NCBI GenBank assembly: GCA_951406725.2
Contig: OX597815.1
Location: 9,176,001 to 9,240,000 of the forward strand
Direction of reading: 5' to 3'
From: Octopus vulgaris
Taxonomy: Eukaryota
Length of the DNA: 64,000 nt
A program made the position numbers and the translations under genes. Below, piece after piece: positions 38,662-51,269 of this stretch. A model generated the notes under the pieces. It worked only from the letters and a program-made list of their open reading frames with translations. It was not told the DNA's origin and searched no databases. Every line of letters starts with the position of its first letter. Positions within the stretch are counted from its first letter, which is position 1.

Positions 38662-40964
38662 CTGCAATAGAAACATGGATTTGCTCATTAGTGTGAGCTA
38701 ACGAATACATTTAGTGCCTGGGATAATAAGTTGATTTAAGTCAACTGACCAATATACTTAACCTCTAGCATTTTCATCTTGAATAGTTGTTCTCCACAAC
38801 CACAACACATCAATTTTCCTTTAATCCTTAGGTTTCATTCAATCCTAGCTTTGAATAGTAGTATTCAGAGCAATTTAGGTAATACTGACTATATCTTTGC
38901 CAAAAAATTGTGTTCTGAAAGTTCTAAGATGAACTATTCATAAGGACAGTGTTTTGGGTAAGTTTAGGAGAGCAATTTGCATTCTGTTTGGAATATGGTT
39001 CCATATTGGAAATGCTGCTCTATTTTCTCTTTTTCAGGCAGAGGATAGCAACTTTTAGCACTTGTGTCAACTTTGTCCATCCCCCAAACTGTCCAATTCC
39101 ATTATCCTCTCCAAGTCCAAGTTCCTAGCCATAAACTATCTTGGAGTAACAATCCAAGATACAAAAAAAAAATCACATTTGAGAAAATGTTCACTTTTTC
39201 ACCAGACTGTAGTAAATGAATGAAGACCTCATGTTCAAGAGAAGCCATATTCGTAAATTACTGGCTGGCAGAGAAATCTGACTTGAAAATTATAGGTTGA
39301 CAATACTTGGGACAAGATAAATTCACAATTAAAGCAACCAACAAAGTAAGTGATAAGCCAATATTTGATTAAGCATGTCAAGCATAGAGTTCATTAGTAT
39401 CAAACACAACATAAAGTAAAAGGCATAAAGTACAAATTACAGCTCTTTAGTGGTCACAAAATGGTAACAGAAGACCATTAGCATCATGTACACCAAAATG
39501 CAAAACATACAACACTTAAGCCTTCTGACTTCACTATATTTAGTGTAATACAGCAAGAGAAGTCACCCATAACTAACTTAAAACTGCAAACAAAATAAAG
39601 AAGCTAACTTTATACATGAAAGTCAATAAAAAATTCATGCAATTTAGAAATTTGTCAATAACGAAAATTCATAAGTTGGCAATGCAAAAACTTGATGTTA
39701 TTCAAAGCTCACATGATAAATACAACTAGGAGGCAAGCCATCATCAAACTTAGCTCTCTGTATTCACTACCATACAACACTTCTGAAACAGTCATTCCTG
39801 TCTCTACAGGTCCTCTACCAACATCATACAACTAACACATACACCATATAGTCCTGCCAGCCACTACTACTCTATAACATCACGTTCATCATCATCATCA
39901 TTGTTTAACATCCGCTTTCCATGCTAGCATGAGTTGGACGAATGACTGAGGACTGGCGAATCAGATGGCTGCACCAGGCTCCAATCTTGATCTGGCAGAG
40001 TTTCTACAGCTGGATGCCCTTCCTAATGCTAACCACTCCAAGAGTGTAGTGGGTGCTTTTTATGTGCCACTGGCACGGGTGCCAGTCAGGCAGTACTGGC
40101 AATGACCTCGCTCAAATTTTTTACACATGCCACCGGCACAGGTGCCTGTAAGGCAACGTTGGTAATGATCCCGCTCGAATGGTGCCCTTTTATGTGCCAC
40201 CGGCATGGAAGCCAGTTGGCTGCTCTGGCACCAATCACGCTTGGATGGTGCTCTTGGCACCCTACTAGCACGGGCACAAGTGCCAGTAAGGCGACGCTGG
40301 TAATGATCACACTTTAATGGTGCCCTTCTATGTGCCACTGGCATGGAAACCGGTTAGCTGCTCTGTCAACGATCACACTCATATGGTGCTCTTTGCATCC
40401 CGCTAGCACGGATGCCAGTCATCGAATTACATATTCCATAGTCTCTTCAAGTACACTGTATACTCTTTCTTGTTTGCTTTCATCATACCACTGACACATA
40501 CATTACACCAACAGTATCACAATCCACTGAAATGCTCCTTTATTTATAACCCTATTTTTCTTTGTCTTACTGGCACTCGAGCCCCGTGCTAGTAGGGTAT
40601 TAAGAGCACCATCCGAGTGTGATCGTTGCCAGAGCGGCTATCTGGCCTCCATGCCGGTGGCATAAGACACCATTTGAGCATGATCGTTACCAGCATTGCC
40701 TTACTGGCACCTGTGCTGGTGGCATATGTAAAAGATTCGAGCGAGGTCGTTGCCAGTACCGCCTGACTGGCACCCGTGCCGGTGGCATGTAAACGCACCC
40801 ACTACATTCTTGGAGTGGTTGGCGTTAGGAAGGGCATCAAGCTGTAGAAACTCTGCCAGATCAAGATTGGAGCCTGGTGCAGCCATCTGGCTCACCAGCC
40901 CTGTCAAATCGTCCAACCCATGCTAGCATGGAAAGCGGACGTTAAACGATGATGATGATGATGA

Positions 40965-41124
40965 TACAGAGTTGCTGAAGCATGGAATAAACTGCCTGCA
41001 TCAGTTGTTGACTGCCATGACACTGCATCCTTTAAGGCCCTCATGCTTTCCGAAATCCGCCGAAACTACACCTGATTATATATACACTTTAGATGAGTTG
41101 TAGTGCACCTGAGCACTGTACACA

Positions 41125-41137
<13 letters not shown>
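40965..41137 (+). mobile_element. CR1/L2-type LINE 3' end with (ATT)n tail
   Basis: RVAEAWNKLPASVV...SFK; terminal gtgcacctgagcactgtacaca(att)n; stubs in reverse orientation at 49694-49733 and 50433-50505. Confidence 0.78.
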
Positions 41138-41157
<20 letters not shown>

Positions 41158-41256
41158 ATGATCTGTGTTATATCTATCAAACATATTAATCACCAAACAG
41201 ATACAATCCATCAGTCACTAACCGTGAGAAATAAATCCCAGATAATATTGACTTAC

Positions 41257-41407
41257 TAAGTTTATTTCACCTGCACCGCATTCCTCAGCAACTGTTGAGC
41301 GTTTGGAGAGAAAGTTGTCTCGCAGACTTTGTGCTAGATCAACTTTGGTTCCTACTACCATTATTGGTATCTGGTTACCAGCAAATTGTTCAGGATCAAA
41401 ATCACAT
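41257..41407 (-). CDS. RABL3: RABL3 exon 5 (CDFDPEQFAGNQIPIMVVGTKVD...AEECGAGEINL)
   Basis: acceptor ttttctag, donor gtaagt, 151 nt, phase 2 to 0; G4 variant TKxD. Confidence 0.95.
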
Positions 41408-41751
41408 CTAGAAAAGAAAACAATCATTACTTGACTAAAAGCAAATAGATGATAGGAGGGCAGAAGATTTTGGACAATTATACAATATTTAATCAATAAA
41501 ATATCAATTTCTAAGATAGGTACAATCCTGCAAATCCTAGTGGGAAAGAATGGTTGATTAGATCAATCTCAGTTCTTGACCAGTAATTGTTTTTAATCAT
41601 CAATCAAGGAATAAGATGGTTGACCAACTAAATTCTTATTTCTGAAATTAATATATAATTAATACCTGGACACATGTACTTATGAAACAAAGTCACAAGG
41701 TTGGCCTTATGAATTACAAGTACGAGATATATATATATATGTAGAGAGGCC

Positions 41752-42178
41752 GTTCGCCAGCCTCGTCTGACACCTGTGTCGGTGGCACATAAAAAACACC
41801 ATCCAAGCGTGGTCGTTCGCCAGCCTCGTCTGGCACCTGTGTCGGTGGCACATAAAAAACACCATCCAAGCGTGGTCGTTCGCCAGCCTCGTCTGGCACC
41901 TGTGTCGGTGGCACATAAAAAACACCATCCAAGCGTGGTCGTTCGCCAGCCTCGTCTGGCACCTGTGTCGGTGGCACATAAAAAACACCATCCAAGCGTG
42001 GTCGTTCGCCAGCCTCGTCTGGCACCTGTGTCGGTGGCACATAAAAAACACCATCCAAGCGTGGTCGTTCGCCAGCCTCGTCTGGCACCTGTGTCGGTGG
42101 CACATAAAAAACACCATCCAAGCGTGGTCGTTCGCCAGCCTCGTCTGGCACCTGTGTCGGTGGCACATAAAAAGCACC
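41752..42178. repeat. 63-bp tandem repeat, about 6.7 near-identical copies, inside an RTE 3' UTR
   Basis: unit gttcgccagcctcgtctggcacctgtgtcggtggcacataaaaaacaccatccaagcgtggtc. Confidence 0.97.
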
Positions 42179-42333
42179 CACTACACTCACGGAGTGGTTG
42201 GCGTTAGGAAGGGCATCCAGCTGTAGAAACACTGCCAGATCTGACTGGCCTGGTGCAGCCTTCGGGCTTCCCAGACCCCAGTTGAACCGCATGGAAAGCA
42301 GACGTTAAACGATGATGATGATGATGATGATGA

Positions 42334-42385
<52 letters not shown>

Positions 42386-42943
42386 ATCAATATAGTGGAC
42401 TGTAAATTTATTTATCAACAGAAAATATGAAAAGCAAAGGTGACATCATCATCATCATCATCATCATTTAACGTCCGCTTTCCATGCTAGCATGGGTTGG
42501 ACGATTTGATTGAGGTCTGGCAAACCAGATGGCTGCATCAGGCTCCAATCTTGATCTGGCAGAGTTTCTACAGCTGGATGCTCTTCCTAACGCCAACCAC
42601 TCCGAGAGTGTAGTGGGTGCATTTTACGTGACACCGGCATGGCGTAACTCAGATTGTAGAGGGCTGGAATGTACACAAAAGGACATTTTATCTGCAACTT
42701 TTGCTATAATACATCAATAATATTAAGTGAGACTTGTGATTTTGACAGACTAAATCATACATATGATTGATTGATTCTAGTTTCAGCTTATGAGCTGTGG
42801 CCATTGGGGCACCGCCATTGGGGCACCGCCATATACATAATGTTGATGATGATGATGATGATGATGACCCCAAAAAAGTGACCTTAGTAATGAGAGTGAA
42901 TGGCTGAAGCAGAAACAGAATGGATTTGGAAATCCCTGCTTAC

Positions 42944-43058
42944 TCATTGTATTCTCTGCTGTTTCCTTTACTGGTTCCTTTGTTTAAAACTTCTGTCAAC
43001 CATTTCCTTAAGTTCTGGTGAGATTTCCGATTTGTCAAGTCGTGAACAAGAATAATTC
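42944..43058 (-). CDS. RABL3: RABL3 exon 4 (GIILVHDLTNRKSHQNLRKWLTEVLNKGTSKGNSREYN-E)
   Basis: acceptor tctttccag, donor gtaagc, 115 nt, phase 1 to 2; GIILVHDLTNRKS motif typical of RABL3. Confidence 0.95.
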
Positions 43059-43709
43059 CTGGAAAGAATGGAAAAAAGGACTGACAACTCAATTTATGAA
43101 ACAAAAGGATGAGTTCATCCTCTCTCCCCTTTTTCTCTCTCTCTCTCTGTACACTGATTATGTTTTAGTTTCATATTACTCTTTTACTTGTTTCAGTCAT
43201 TTGACTGCGGCCATGCTGGAGCACCGCCTTTAGTCGAGCAAATCGACCCCGGGACTTATTCTTTGTAAGCCCAGTACTTATTCTATTGGTCTCTTTTTGC
43301 CGAACTGCTAAGTGACAGGGGACATAAACACACCAGCATTGGTTGTCAAGCGATGTTCGGGGGACAAACACAGACACACAAACATACATATATATATGTA
43401 CATAATACATATATACGATGGGCTTCTTTTAGTTTCCGTCTACCAAATCCACTCACAAGGCATTGGTTGGCCCGGGGCTATAGCAGAAGACACTTGCCCA
43501 AGATGCCATGCAGTGGGACTGAACCCAGAACCATGCAGTTGGTAAGCAAGCTACTTACCACGCAGCCACTCCTTCGACAAAGTTTTACAAATCAATGGAG
43601 CAGTGTGTAAGTGAACACTGTACTGTCTGTTCATATCAAACCTCATTGTATTAGAAAAAGGAGAAAAGGACAACCGAAAGAGAGACCAACACAAATTTAT
43701 AAAGAAGTA

Positions 43710-44181
43710 CCGTAAATCCTCGAGTATAATCTGCATTTTTTTCCCAAAATTTAAAGGTCAAAATCCCTAGTACATATTATATACGAAGTTAAAATGAAAA
43801 TTATTTTCTAAGCAATGTCTGAGTCTCTATTTGCTGTCCGGCAATGTTTATTCAGACGCATTTTGTGATGTCGGGCGCGAAAATACCTTAAGCTAAGCCT
43901 GAAAGCAATGAAGTCATAAAAGAATCATCCATAACTTGCAATAAGCAACATTTATTAAACGTTATTACTGTTATTCCTTTATTTTCTGCAAAATGCACAA
44001 AAAAGCTACATGTTTGCAATATTATGATATATGCAATAAAAATAAAGGATATTATCGTATACATTTTTACAAACCAAGGACATATAGACCTCCTTGACTC
44101 AAGATAGGGAAGGGGTGCGTAGCCCCCTAAAAATCCCCTGCGTATTATACTCAAGGGCGGACTATACTTGAGGATTTACGG
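43710..44181. mobile_element. pogo/Tc2-type MITE
   Basis: TA|CCGTAAATCCTCGAGTATA ... TATACTTGAGGATTTACGG|TA. Confidence 0.85.
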
Positions 44182-44594
44182 TAATATATAATGTATCTAA
44201 GGGAAATAAGTCAGATAAGGCAAATGGTATGGATTGAGATGAGTCAAACATGGATGGGGATGCTGAATGATGTGTACAGTATAAAGTTTTGAATGAGATG
44301 AAATTTTCAAGAACTAGCATTTAATTTACTCAAGTAAAATATGACCTTGAATATATTGTGATACCCATTTTTCCTTCTATTTACTCTTTTACTTGTTTCA
44401 GTCATTTGACTGCGGCCATGCTGGAGCACCGCCTTTAGTCGACCAAATCGACCCCGGGACTTATTCTTTTGTAAGCCCAGTACTTATTATTCTATCGGTC
44501 TCTTTTGCCAAACCGCTAAGTGACGGGGACGTAAAAACACCAGCATTGGTTGTCAAGCAATGCTAGGGGGACAAACACACAAACACATACACAC

Positions 44595-44636
<42 letters not shown>

Positions 44637-45213
44637 CAGGCTTCTTTCAGTTTCCGTCTACCAAATCCACTCACAAGGCATTGGTCGGCCCGAGGCTATA
44701 GCAGAAGACACTTGCCCAAGATGCCACGCTGTGGGACTGAACCCAGAACCATGTCATAATTTTGACCTGGAAGTTTTGTTTTAAATTCCTCGCATTATGA
44801 ATTATTCGATCATAGTGAGTGAAGGGTGAGGTCAATTTTGTAATGGGGGAGTGGATATGAATTATTAGAATAGCAAAATTTCATTGAATTAAACTTCATC
44901 ACACACACATTTAACAAACAGAATATACTTACTACACACACACATATATACATATACACATACGGTGTGCTAACGTTTCTGCCAGCTCGCCGCCTTACAG
45001 CTGAACAAATACAATTATAAGTTAACCAAGGACTAAACAACAACACAACATCAACTACACCGTTACCCATATAAGGCGTGCCACTAATTATAATAATGGT
45101 TTACACACAAATGAACACATATATAAATATTCATATTCATGCATAAATATTCAGAAAACGCATTCAGCAATATGCTAATATATGTTAAAAAGGTGAGTGA
45201 AATTTTGACCTAC

Positions 45214-45331
45214 CATGAATAGGGTTGTAAAAAATGTATCTGCTATTCTTGTGTTGTGTAGCGCCACCAATGTCCCACAATTCAACAAAGTATGTGCGTT
45301 CATCAGCAGTTCCTGCTTTGTATTCATGTAA
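45214..45331 (-). CDS. RABL3: RABL3 exon 3 (LHEYKAGTADERTYFVELWDIGGATQHKNSRYIFYNPIH-G)
   Basis: cag acceptor, gtagg donor, 118 nt; G3 motif ELWDIGG. Confidence 0.95.
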
Positions 45332-47317
45332 CTGTGTGGTTGTCCGATGTGTGAAGATAGAAAGACAGAAACAGTCAAAGAATTACTAATACAAAGGATG
45401 CCATAACATAGAAAACAATACCTAAATATGGGAAGACGATTGGTGGAAAGCTGGCAGAATCGTTAGCACATCGGACAAAAATGCTTAGTGGTATTTCATC
45501 TGTCTTTTGACATTCTGTGTTCAAATCACGCTAAGGCTAATTTTTCCTTTCATCTCTTAGGGGTTACTCTTACTCTTTTACTTGTTTCAGTCATTTGACT
45601 GCGGCCATGCTGGAGCACCTCCTTTAGTTGAGCAAATCGACCCCTGGGACTTATTCTTTGTAAGCCCAGTACTTATTCTATCGGTCTCTTTTGCTGAACC
45701 GCTAAGTGACGGGGACGTAAACACACCAGCATCGGTTGTCAAGCAATGCTAGGGGGACAAACACAGACACACAAACACACACATGCATATATATACATAT
45801 ATACGACAGGCTTCTTTCAGTTTCCGTCTACCAAATCCACTCACAAGGCATTGGTCGACCCGGGGCTATAGTAGAAGACACTTGCCCAAGATGCCACACA
45901 GTGGGACTGAACCCGGAACCATGTGGTTGGTAGGCAAGCTACTTACCACACAGCCACTCCTGTGCCCATATTGATAAAATAAAGTGCCAGTCAAGTACTA
46001 GAATCACAGGAATCAACTCGAGTCCTTCCCTCAAAATTGCTGGCCTTCAACCCTTCAACATATTGGCACCCTGTTCAGAAGAATGTTGTGATCTTGGTTA
46101 CTTATATGATAGGGTAATTGGCTTTATAAGTCCGAGGGCTCAAGAAAAAGAAAAATAAAACTGGAAGAACCATGTCCGCCATCTGTATTCAATTTTTCTC
46201 TCTCTTTTCTATCATTTGCTATCTATCTATCTACTTATTCTGCTAGGTACGTAGGGAGTCCCACCCATCCATCCATCCATGATGTTATTGCAAGTCTTGT
46301 GCACTCATACTTTTCATAAGTTCCATTTATCCAATGTTCATGTTTTCATGCAAGTACAGGTGTGGATGGGGAATTAATCATGGCTTGTGGCAAAGTCTTA
46401 TGGTTGGATACTCTTCCTATTGCCAGCCTTTACCTATTTTTTTTAGTAACAGATTCTTTGTTTCAAAAGATCTTTGACAGAACAGAGCAGCTGGTTGTAA
46501 TGTCAACAAAGAAATGTAAACCTCATTGTCGATTCACTCTATGATAAATGTGGAAAATAAATAGTTAAGACATCCGTGCCAGTGACATGTTAAAAGCACC
46601 GTCCAAACGTGGCAGATGCCATGGCTGCCTGGCTGGCATCTGTGTCGGTGACACGTAAAAGCACCAACCGATCGTGGCCGTTTGCCAGCTTCCTCTGGCC
46701 CCTGTGTCGGTGGCACATAAAAACCACCCATTACACTCACGGAGTGGCTGGTGTTAGGAAGAGCATCCAGCTGTAGAAACACTGCCAGATCAGACTGGAG
46801 CCTGGTGCAGTCTCCTGGCTTCCCAGACCCCGGTCGAACCGTCCAACCCATGCTAGCATGGAAAACAGACGTTAAACGATGATGATGATGAAACACACAC
46901 ACACACACACGAGATTCCTGCAGTTACCATCTATCAAATTCCTCAGAAGGTATTGGCTGGCTTGGAGCTATAGCAGAAGACATATACTCAACCTGTCACA
47001 CAGTGGGAGTAAACCAAGACCATACAATCAAGAAGCTAACTTCTCAACCATACACCCATTCCTGGGTACATATTATAAAGTCCCCACATGTTCCTTTTCT
47101 AAATACTGAGTATGGTTATCTCCCACAAGGCAACAGAGTCTTGAGTTCTTTCTTATTAATACTTTCAACAGCGAGATTTTACTGTTAAGGAATCATGATT
47201 TTAGACTCTGCCTTCTTGTTTGAAATACTTTCTTTAATTCTTTGCCAGATTCAGTCATGGGGATTAGGGTATTAGTATAATGCCATTGTAAGCAAGTGTT
47301 GATGTATGGATACTTAC

Positions 47318-47409
47318 AGCAACCTCTACAGAACAACCAATTGTGTAGGCTGGGTTATTTGTTGCTTCACCATGGCAGAGAAGCTGTACAAGTGATGTTT
47401 TACCAACGC
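47318..47409 (-). CDS. RABL3: RABL3 exon 2 ([31 protein letters not shown])
   Basis: acceptor tttttcag, donor gtaagt, 92 nt, phase 1 to 0; G1 end and switch I TIGCSV. Confidence 0.95.
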
Positions 47410-47465
47410 CTGAAAAATATAACTGTATGCATAAATATTTATAATACAGACACACACACACATGT

Positions 47466-47466
<1 letters not shown>

Positions 47467-47510
<44 letters not shown>

Positions 47511-47547
47511 GAGATAGATAGATCAATAGATAGAGATAGATAGATCA

Positions 47548-47609
<62 letters not shown>

Positions 47610-47633
47610 CAATAGATAGAGATAGATAGATCA

Positions 47634-47686
<53 letters not shown>

Positions 47687-47723
47687 GAGATAGATAGATC
47701 AATAGATAGAGATAGATAGATCA

Positions 47724-47780
<57 letters not shown>

Positions 47781-47836
47781 GATAGATAGATCAATAGATA
47801 GAGATAGATAGATCAATAGATAGAGATAGATAGATC

Positions 47837-47896
<60 letters not shown>

Positions 47897-47960
47897 CAAT
47901 AGATAGAGATAGATAGAGAGAGGGAGATAGATAGGTAGAGAGAGAGAGAGAGATAGATAC
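47467..47960. repeat. (GATA)n array with recurring GATCAATA/GAGA variants
   Basis: read directly; starts about 55 nt upstream of the RABL3 exon 2 acceptor. Confidence 0.97.
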
Positions 47961-48954
47961 ACACATACATATATGTCATCACTATTTAATATCTGTCTTC
48001 AATACTGGGGTGGATTGGACAGTTTGACATGATCTGATGAGCCAGAGCATTGCACTGAGTTGTAATGTTTGCTGGATGCCCTTCCTAATGCCAAACACTT
48101 TACAGGGTGTGCCTGGTGTTTTTTTTTTTGCAGTATTGGTACAGTATGTGCATACATGCTTACATACTCTTTTACTTGTTTCAGTCATTTGACTGTGGCC
48201 ATGCTGGAGCACCGCCTTTAGTCAAGCAAATCGACCCCAGGACTTATTCTTTGTAAGCCTAGCACTTATTCTATCGGGCTCTCTTGCCGAACTGCTAAGT
48301 GACGGGGACCTAAATACACCAGCATCGGTTGTCAAGCAATGCTAGGAGGACAAACACAGACACACACACACATATATATACATCAGTGGTTAGGGCAGCG
48401 GACTTGCGGTCGGAGGATCGCGGTTTCGATTCCCAGACCGGGCGTTGTGTGTGTTTATTGAGCGAAAACACCTAAAAGCTCCACGAGGCTCCGGTAGGGG
48501 ATGGTGGTGATCCCTGCTGTACTCTTTCACCACTCTAAAGGGCGGTGCTCCAGCATGGCCGCAGTCAAATGACTGAAACAAGTACAAAAAAAAAAAAAAA
48601 AAAAATATACGACAGGCTTCTTTCAGTTTCCGTCTACCAAATCCACTCACAAGGCTTTGGTCGGCCTGGGGCTATAGAAAAAGACACTTGCACAAGGTAC
48701 CACACAGTGGGACTGAACCCGGAACCATGTGGTTGGTAAGCAAGCTACTTACCACGAAGTCACTCTTGTATGCATTTGTCTACAATCATATAATATAAAT
48801 GCAAACAGCCACACTAGAAACAGACCAAACAACCCACAATAAATATTTCCTCAATCGGGAAGGGGCATGCTGGAATTAGACCTGTATGGAATGATGATTA
48901 GGTGTGGTGTAGAAGAGGGCAGGAGGAAAGCGTTTGGAGGATGTGGGGTGCTAG

Positions 48955-49412
48955 AAAGTTCTGGAAAGCAAATTTACTTGGTTTGATGTGGAAGCATCAT
49001 TATTGTTTATGATTCGGCCAAGCATGATAATGGCCATGTGAACAGTTGTCAGATTCATGTCACACCATTTTTTAAAAAAACTCTTTCATGGTTGATTTGG
49101 TGTTGGTATTATTTGACTTCTTTTAGGAAATTTCAAGCTGAGTGTTTTGGGGAGGTTAAGCATCATCGTTTAACATCATCATGGGAAGCAGACATTAAAC
49201 AAGATGATGCTTAACCTCCCCAAAACAGCTTGAAATTTCATAAAAGAAGTCAAATGATACCAATACCAATTCAACCATGAAAGAGTTTTTTTTAAAAAAT
49301 GGTGTGACCTGAATCTGACAACTGTTCACATGGCCATTATCATGCTTGGCCGAATCATAAACAATAATGATGCTTCCACATCAAACCAAGTAAATTTGCT
49401 TTCCAGAACTTT
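48955..49412. repeat. long inverted repeat, ~215-bp arms and ~20-nt spacer
   Basis: arms are reverse complements with about 5 substitutions and a few small indels, by eye. Confidence 0.95.
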
Positions 49413-49793
49413 GTGAAAGGAAGTTTACAACAGAGTGGACCCTGCGAATCATACAGGGGAAACGGATTAAGTTTAACACCCCAAAACAGGTACGACCCAT
49501 CTCACGGGCTTTTACACAGTTTCCGCCAACCAAATCTCAATCACAAGCTTTCGATCAACTCGCATCGATACAAATAATAATAAACATGCTGAAGGTACCG
49601 CGAACTGGAATCGAACTTGAAACTTCGTTGTTGTGAAGCGAACTATTAATCACAGAAGTTCGTGGATGAAACAGCTACGTTATTGTTAGGTGTTATAATA
49701 ATGAAATTATTTGTATACAGTGCTCAGGTGCACGTTTAATGCACGAATTGATTACATTCTCACTCTTGCCAGTCGCTTTATATGAATCGATGT

Positions 49794-49825
<32 letters not shown>

Positions 49826-50223
49826 CTGAAGAATACCTTCTTAATTAATACGCTAATTGGTGACACTACCCGCTTACTGGTTACCGTTAAAACCCCGTTT
49901 ACTGTTAATTAAACAATCGCAGTATTTCTATCCCCCTTGCGTATGGTAAGCTCCACTATATTCAGTACAAGTGTGAAAATATTACCGTATACATAAACCA
50001 AATACGTGATATTAAAGGAAAGTTACCGAAAACACCACAAAACCTCAAACGTGGACAAAGCAGTGAACTTAATTAACTTCGTAAATCAATGTTTGCCATT
50101 CAACAAGGCAGACAGATGATATAATAATAATAATAATGGTAATCATAGTAATAATAAATATAATTATGGTTATAGTAAATCATTTCTTTAAAGCGTATCT
50201 GTAGTAAACGATCGAAACTTTAC

Positions 50224-50269
50224 CTGAGTCTCCCGTCACAAGAATCCGGACTTTGTCAATCGCAGCCAT
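50224..50269 (-). CDS. RABL3: Rab-like protein 3, coding exon 1 (MAAIDKVRILVTGDS-G)
   Basis: ATG at 50269-50267, 46 nt, donor CAG|gta; joins exon 2 to give the P-loop GDSGVGKT; resembles the RABL3 N-terminus as remembered (MASLDRVKVLVLGDSG). Confidence 0.93.
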
Positions 50270-50574
50270 TTCTCACAAGGAAACATCTGTTCAATTAAAG
50301 AGCAATTTACTGCTTAGAGTTATCTCCCTTACATTACCTTTACGTCTTCTCGAAAATTATGTCTTGTTGTCCATCCAGCTTGCTAGAAATGGCAGTCAAG
50401 TCTCCGTCAAACAAGAGCGCCTTCATCTTAAAATAATAATGAAATTATTGCATACAGTGCTTAGGTGCACCACAATTATTGTATACAGTGCTCAGGTGCA
50501 CAACATCTTGTTGTTTGAACTGCGAGAAATGGTAGTCGAATCGCACTCAGACCTCATGATGACAGTACTACATA

Positions 50575-51038
50575 AGAACAGTGGTCCCGGTGCGCGCACT
50601 CCCGTACTCGCGTACTCGCGGATCAGCGCTGGCTAGTCATGACTAGTCGATCCTTTGTGTTTTTGTGTTTTATTTACTTTGTTTAACAAAAATTATTTAC
50701 TTTGTGTTTTTGTGTTTTATTTACTTTACTCTTTTACTTGTTTCAGTCATTTGACTGCGGCCATGCTGGAGCACCGCCTTTAGTCGAGCAAATCGACCCC
50801 GGGACTTATTCTTTGTAAGCCCTGTACTTTTTCTATCGGTCTCTTTTGCCGAACCGCTAAGTGACGGGGACATAAACACACCAGCATTTGTTTAGAAAAA
50901 TTATTTACTTTGTGTAAAAAAAAATATTTATTTTGTGTTTTATTTACTTTGCTAGGTAGTCGTTGTAGTATCGACTACTCACGACTAGCTAGCGCGGATG
51001 CGCGGGTATGCGAGTGCGCGCACCGGGACCACTGTTCT
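50575..51038. mobile_element. MITE-like element with 27-bp perfect GC-rich TIRs
   Basis: TA|AGAACAGTGGTCCCGGTGCGCGCACTC at 50575-50601, exact reverse complement at 51012-51038|TA; SINE A fragment inside. Confidence 0.75.
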
Positions 51039-51269
51039 TAAGTAATACCCCATGATGACCTTAGCTGATTAGCCGGACCCGTTCTACACGTGGTGGCGGC
51101 CGTTCTATATAACTCCACAAGTCAGTAATGTTCGAGTCCTGGACTAGTGCTCGCATCTCGGCCATGCAGAGCTGGTGGCATTTCTGTGGCTGTAGAATTT
51201 GCCTCGAACTAGCAATGCTCCGGGGTAACATTGTCAGGCCAGGGATTACTGGAAATTATTCATGGACCC

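Noticed and set aside
41752-42178. CRISPR-like array or 21-aa repeat protein
   Set aside because: The units are contiguous and identical with no unique spacers; they lie inside a LINE 3' UTR in a eukaryotic intron; the ORFs are open only because 63 is divisible by 3
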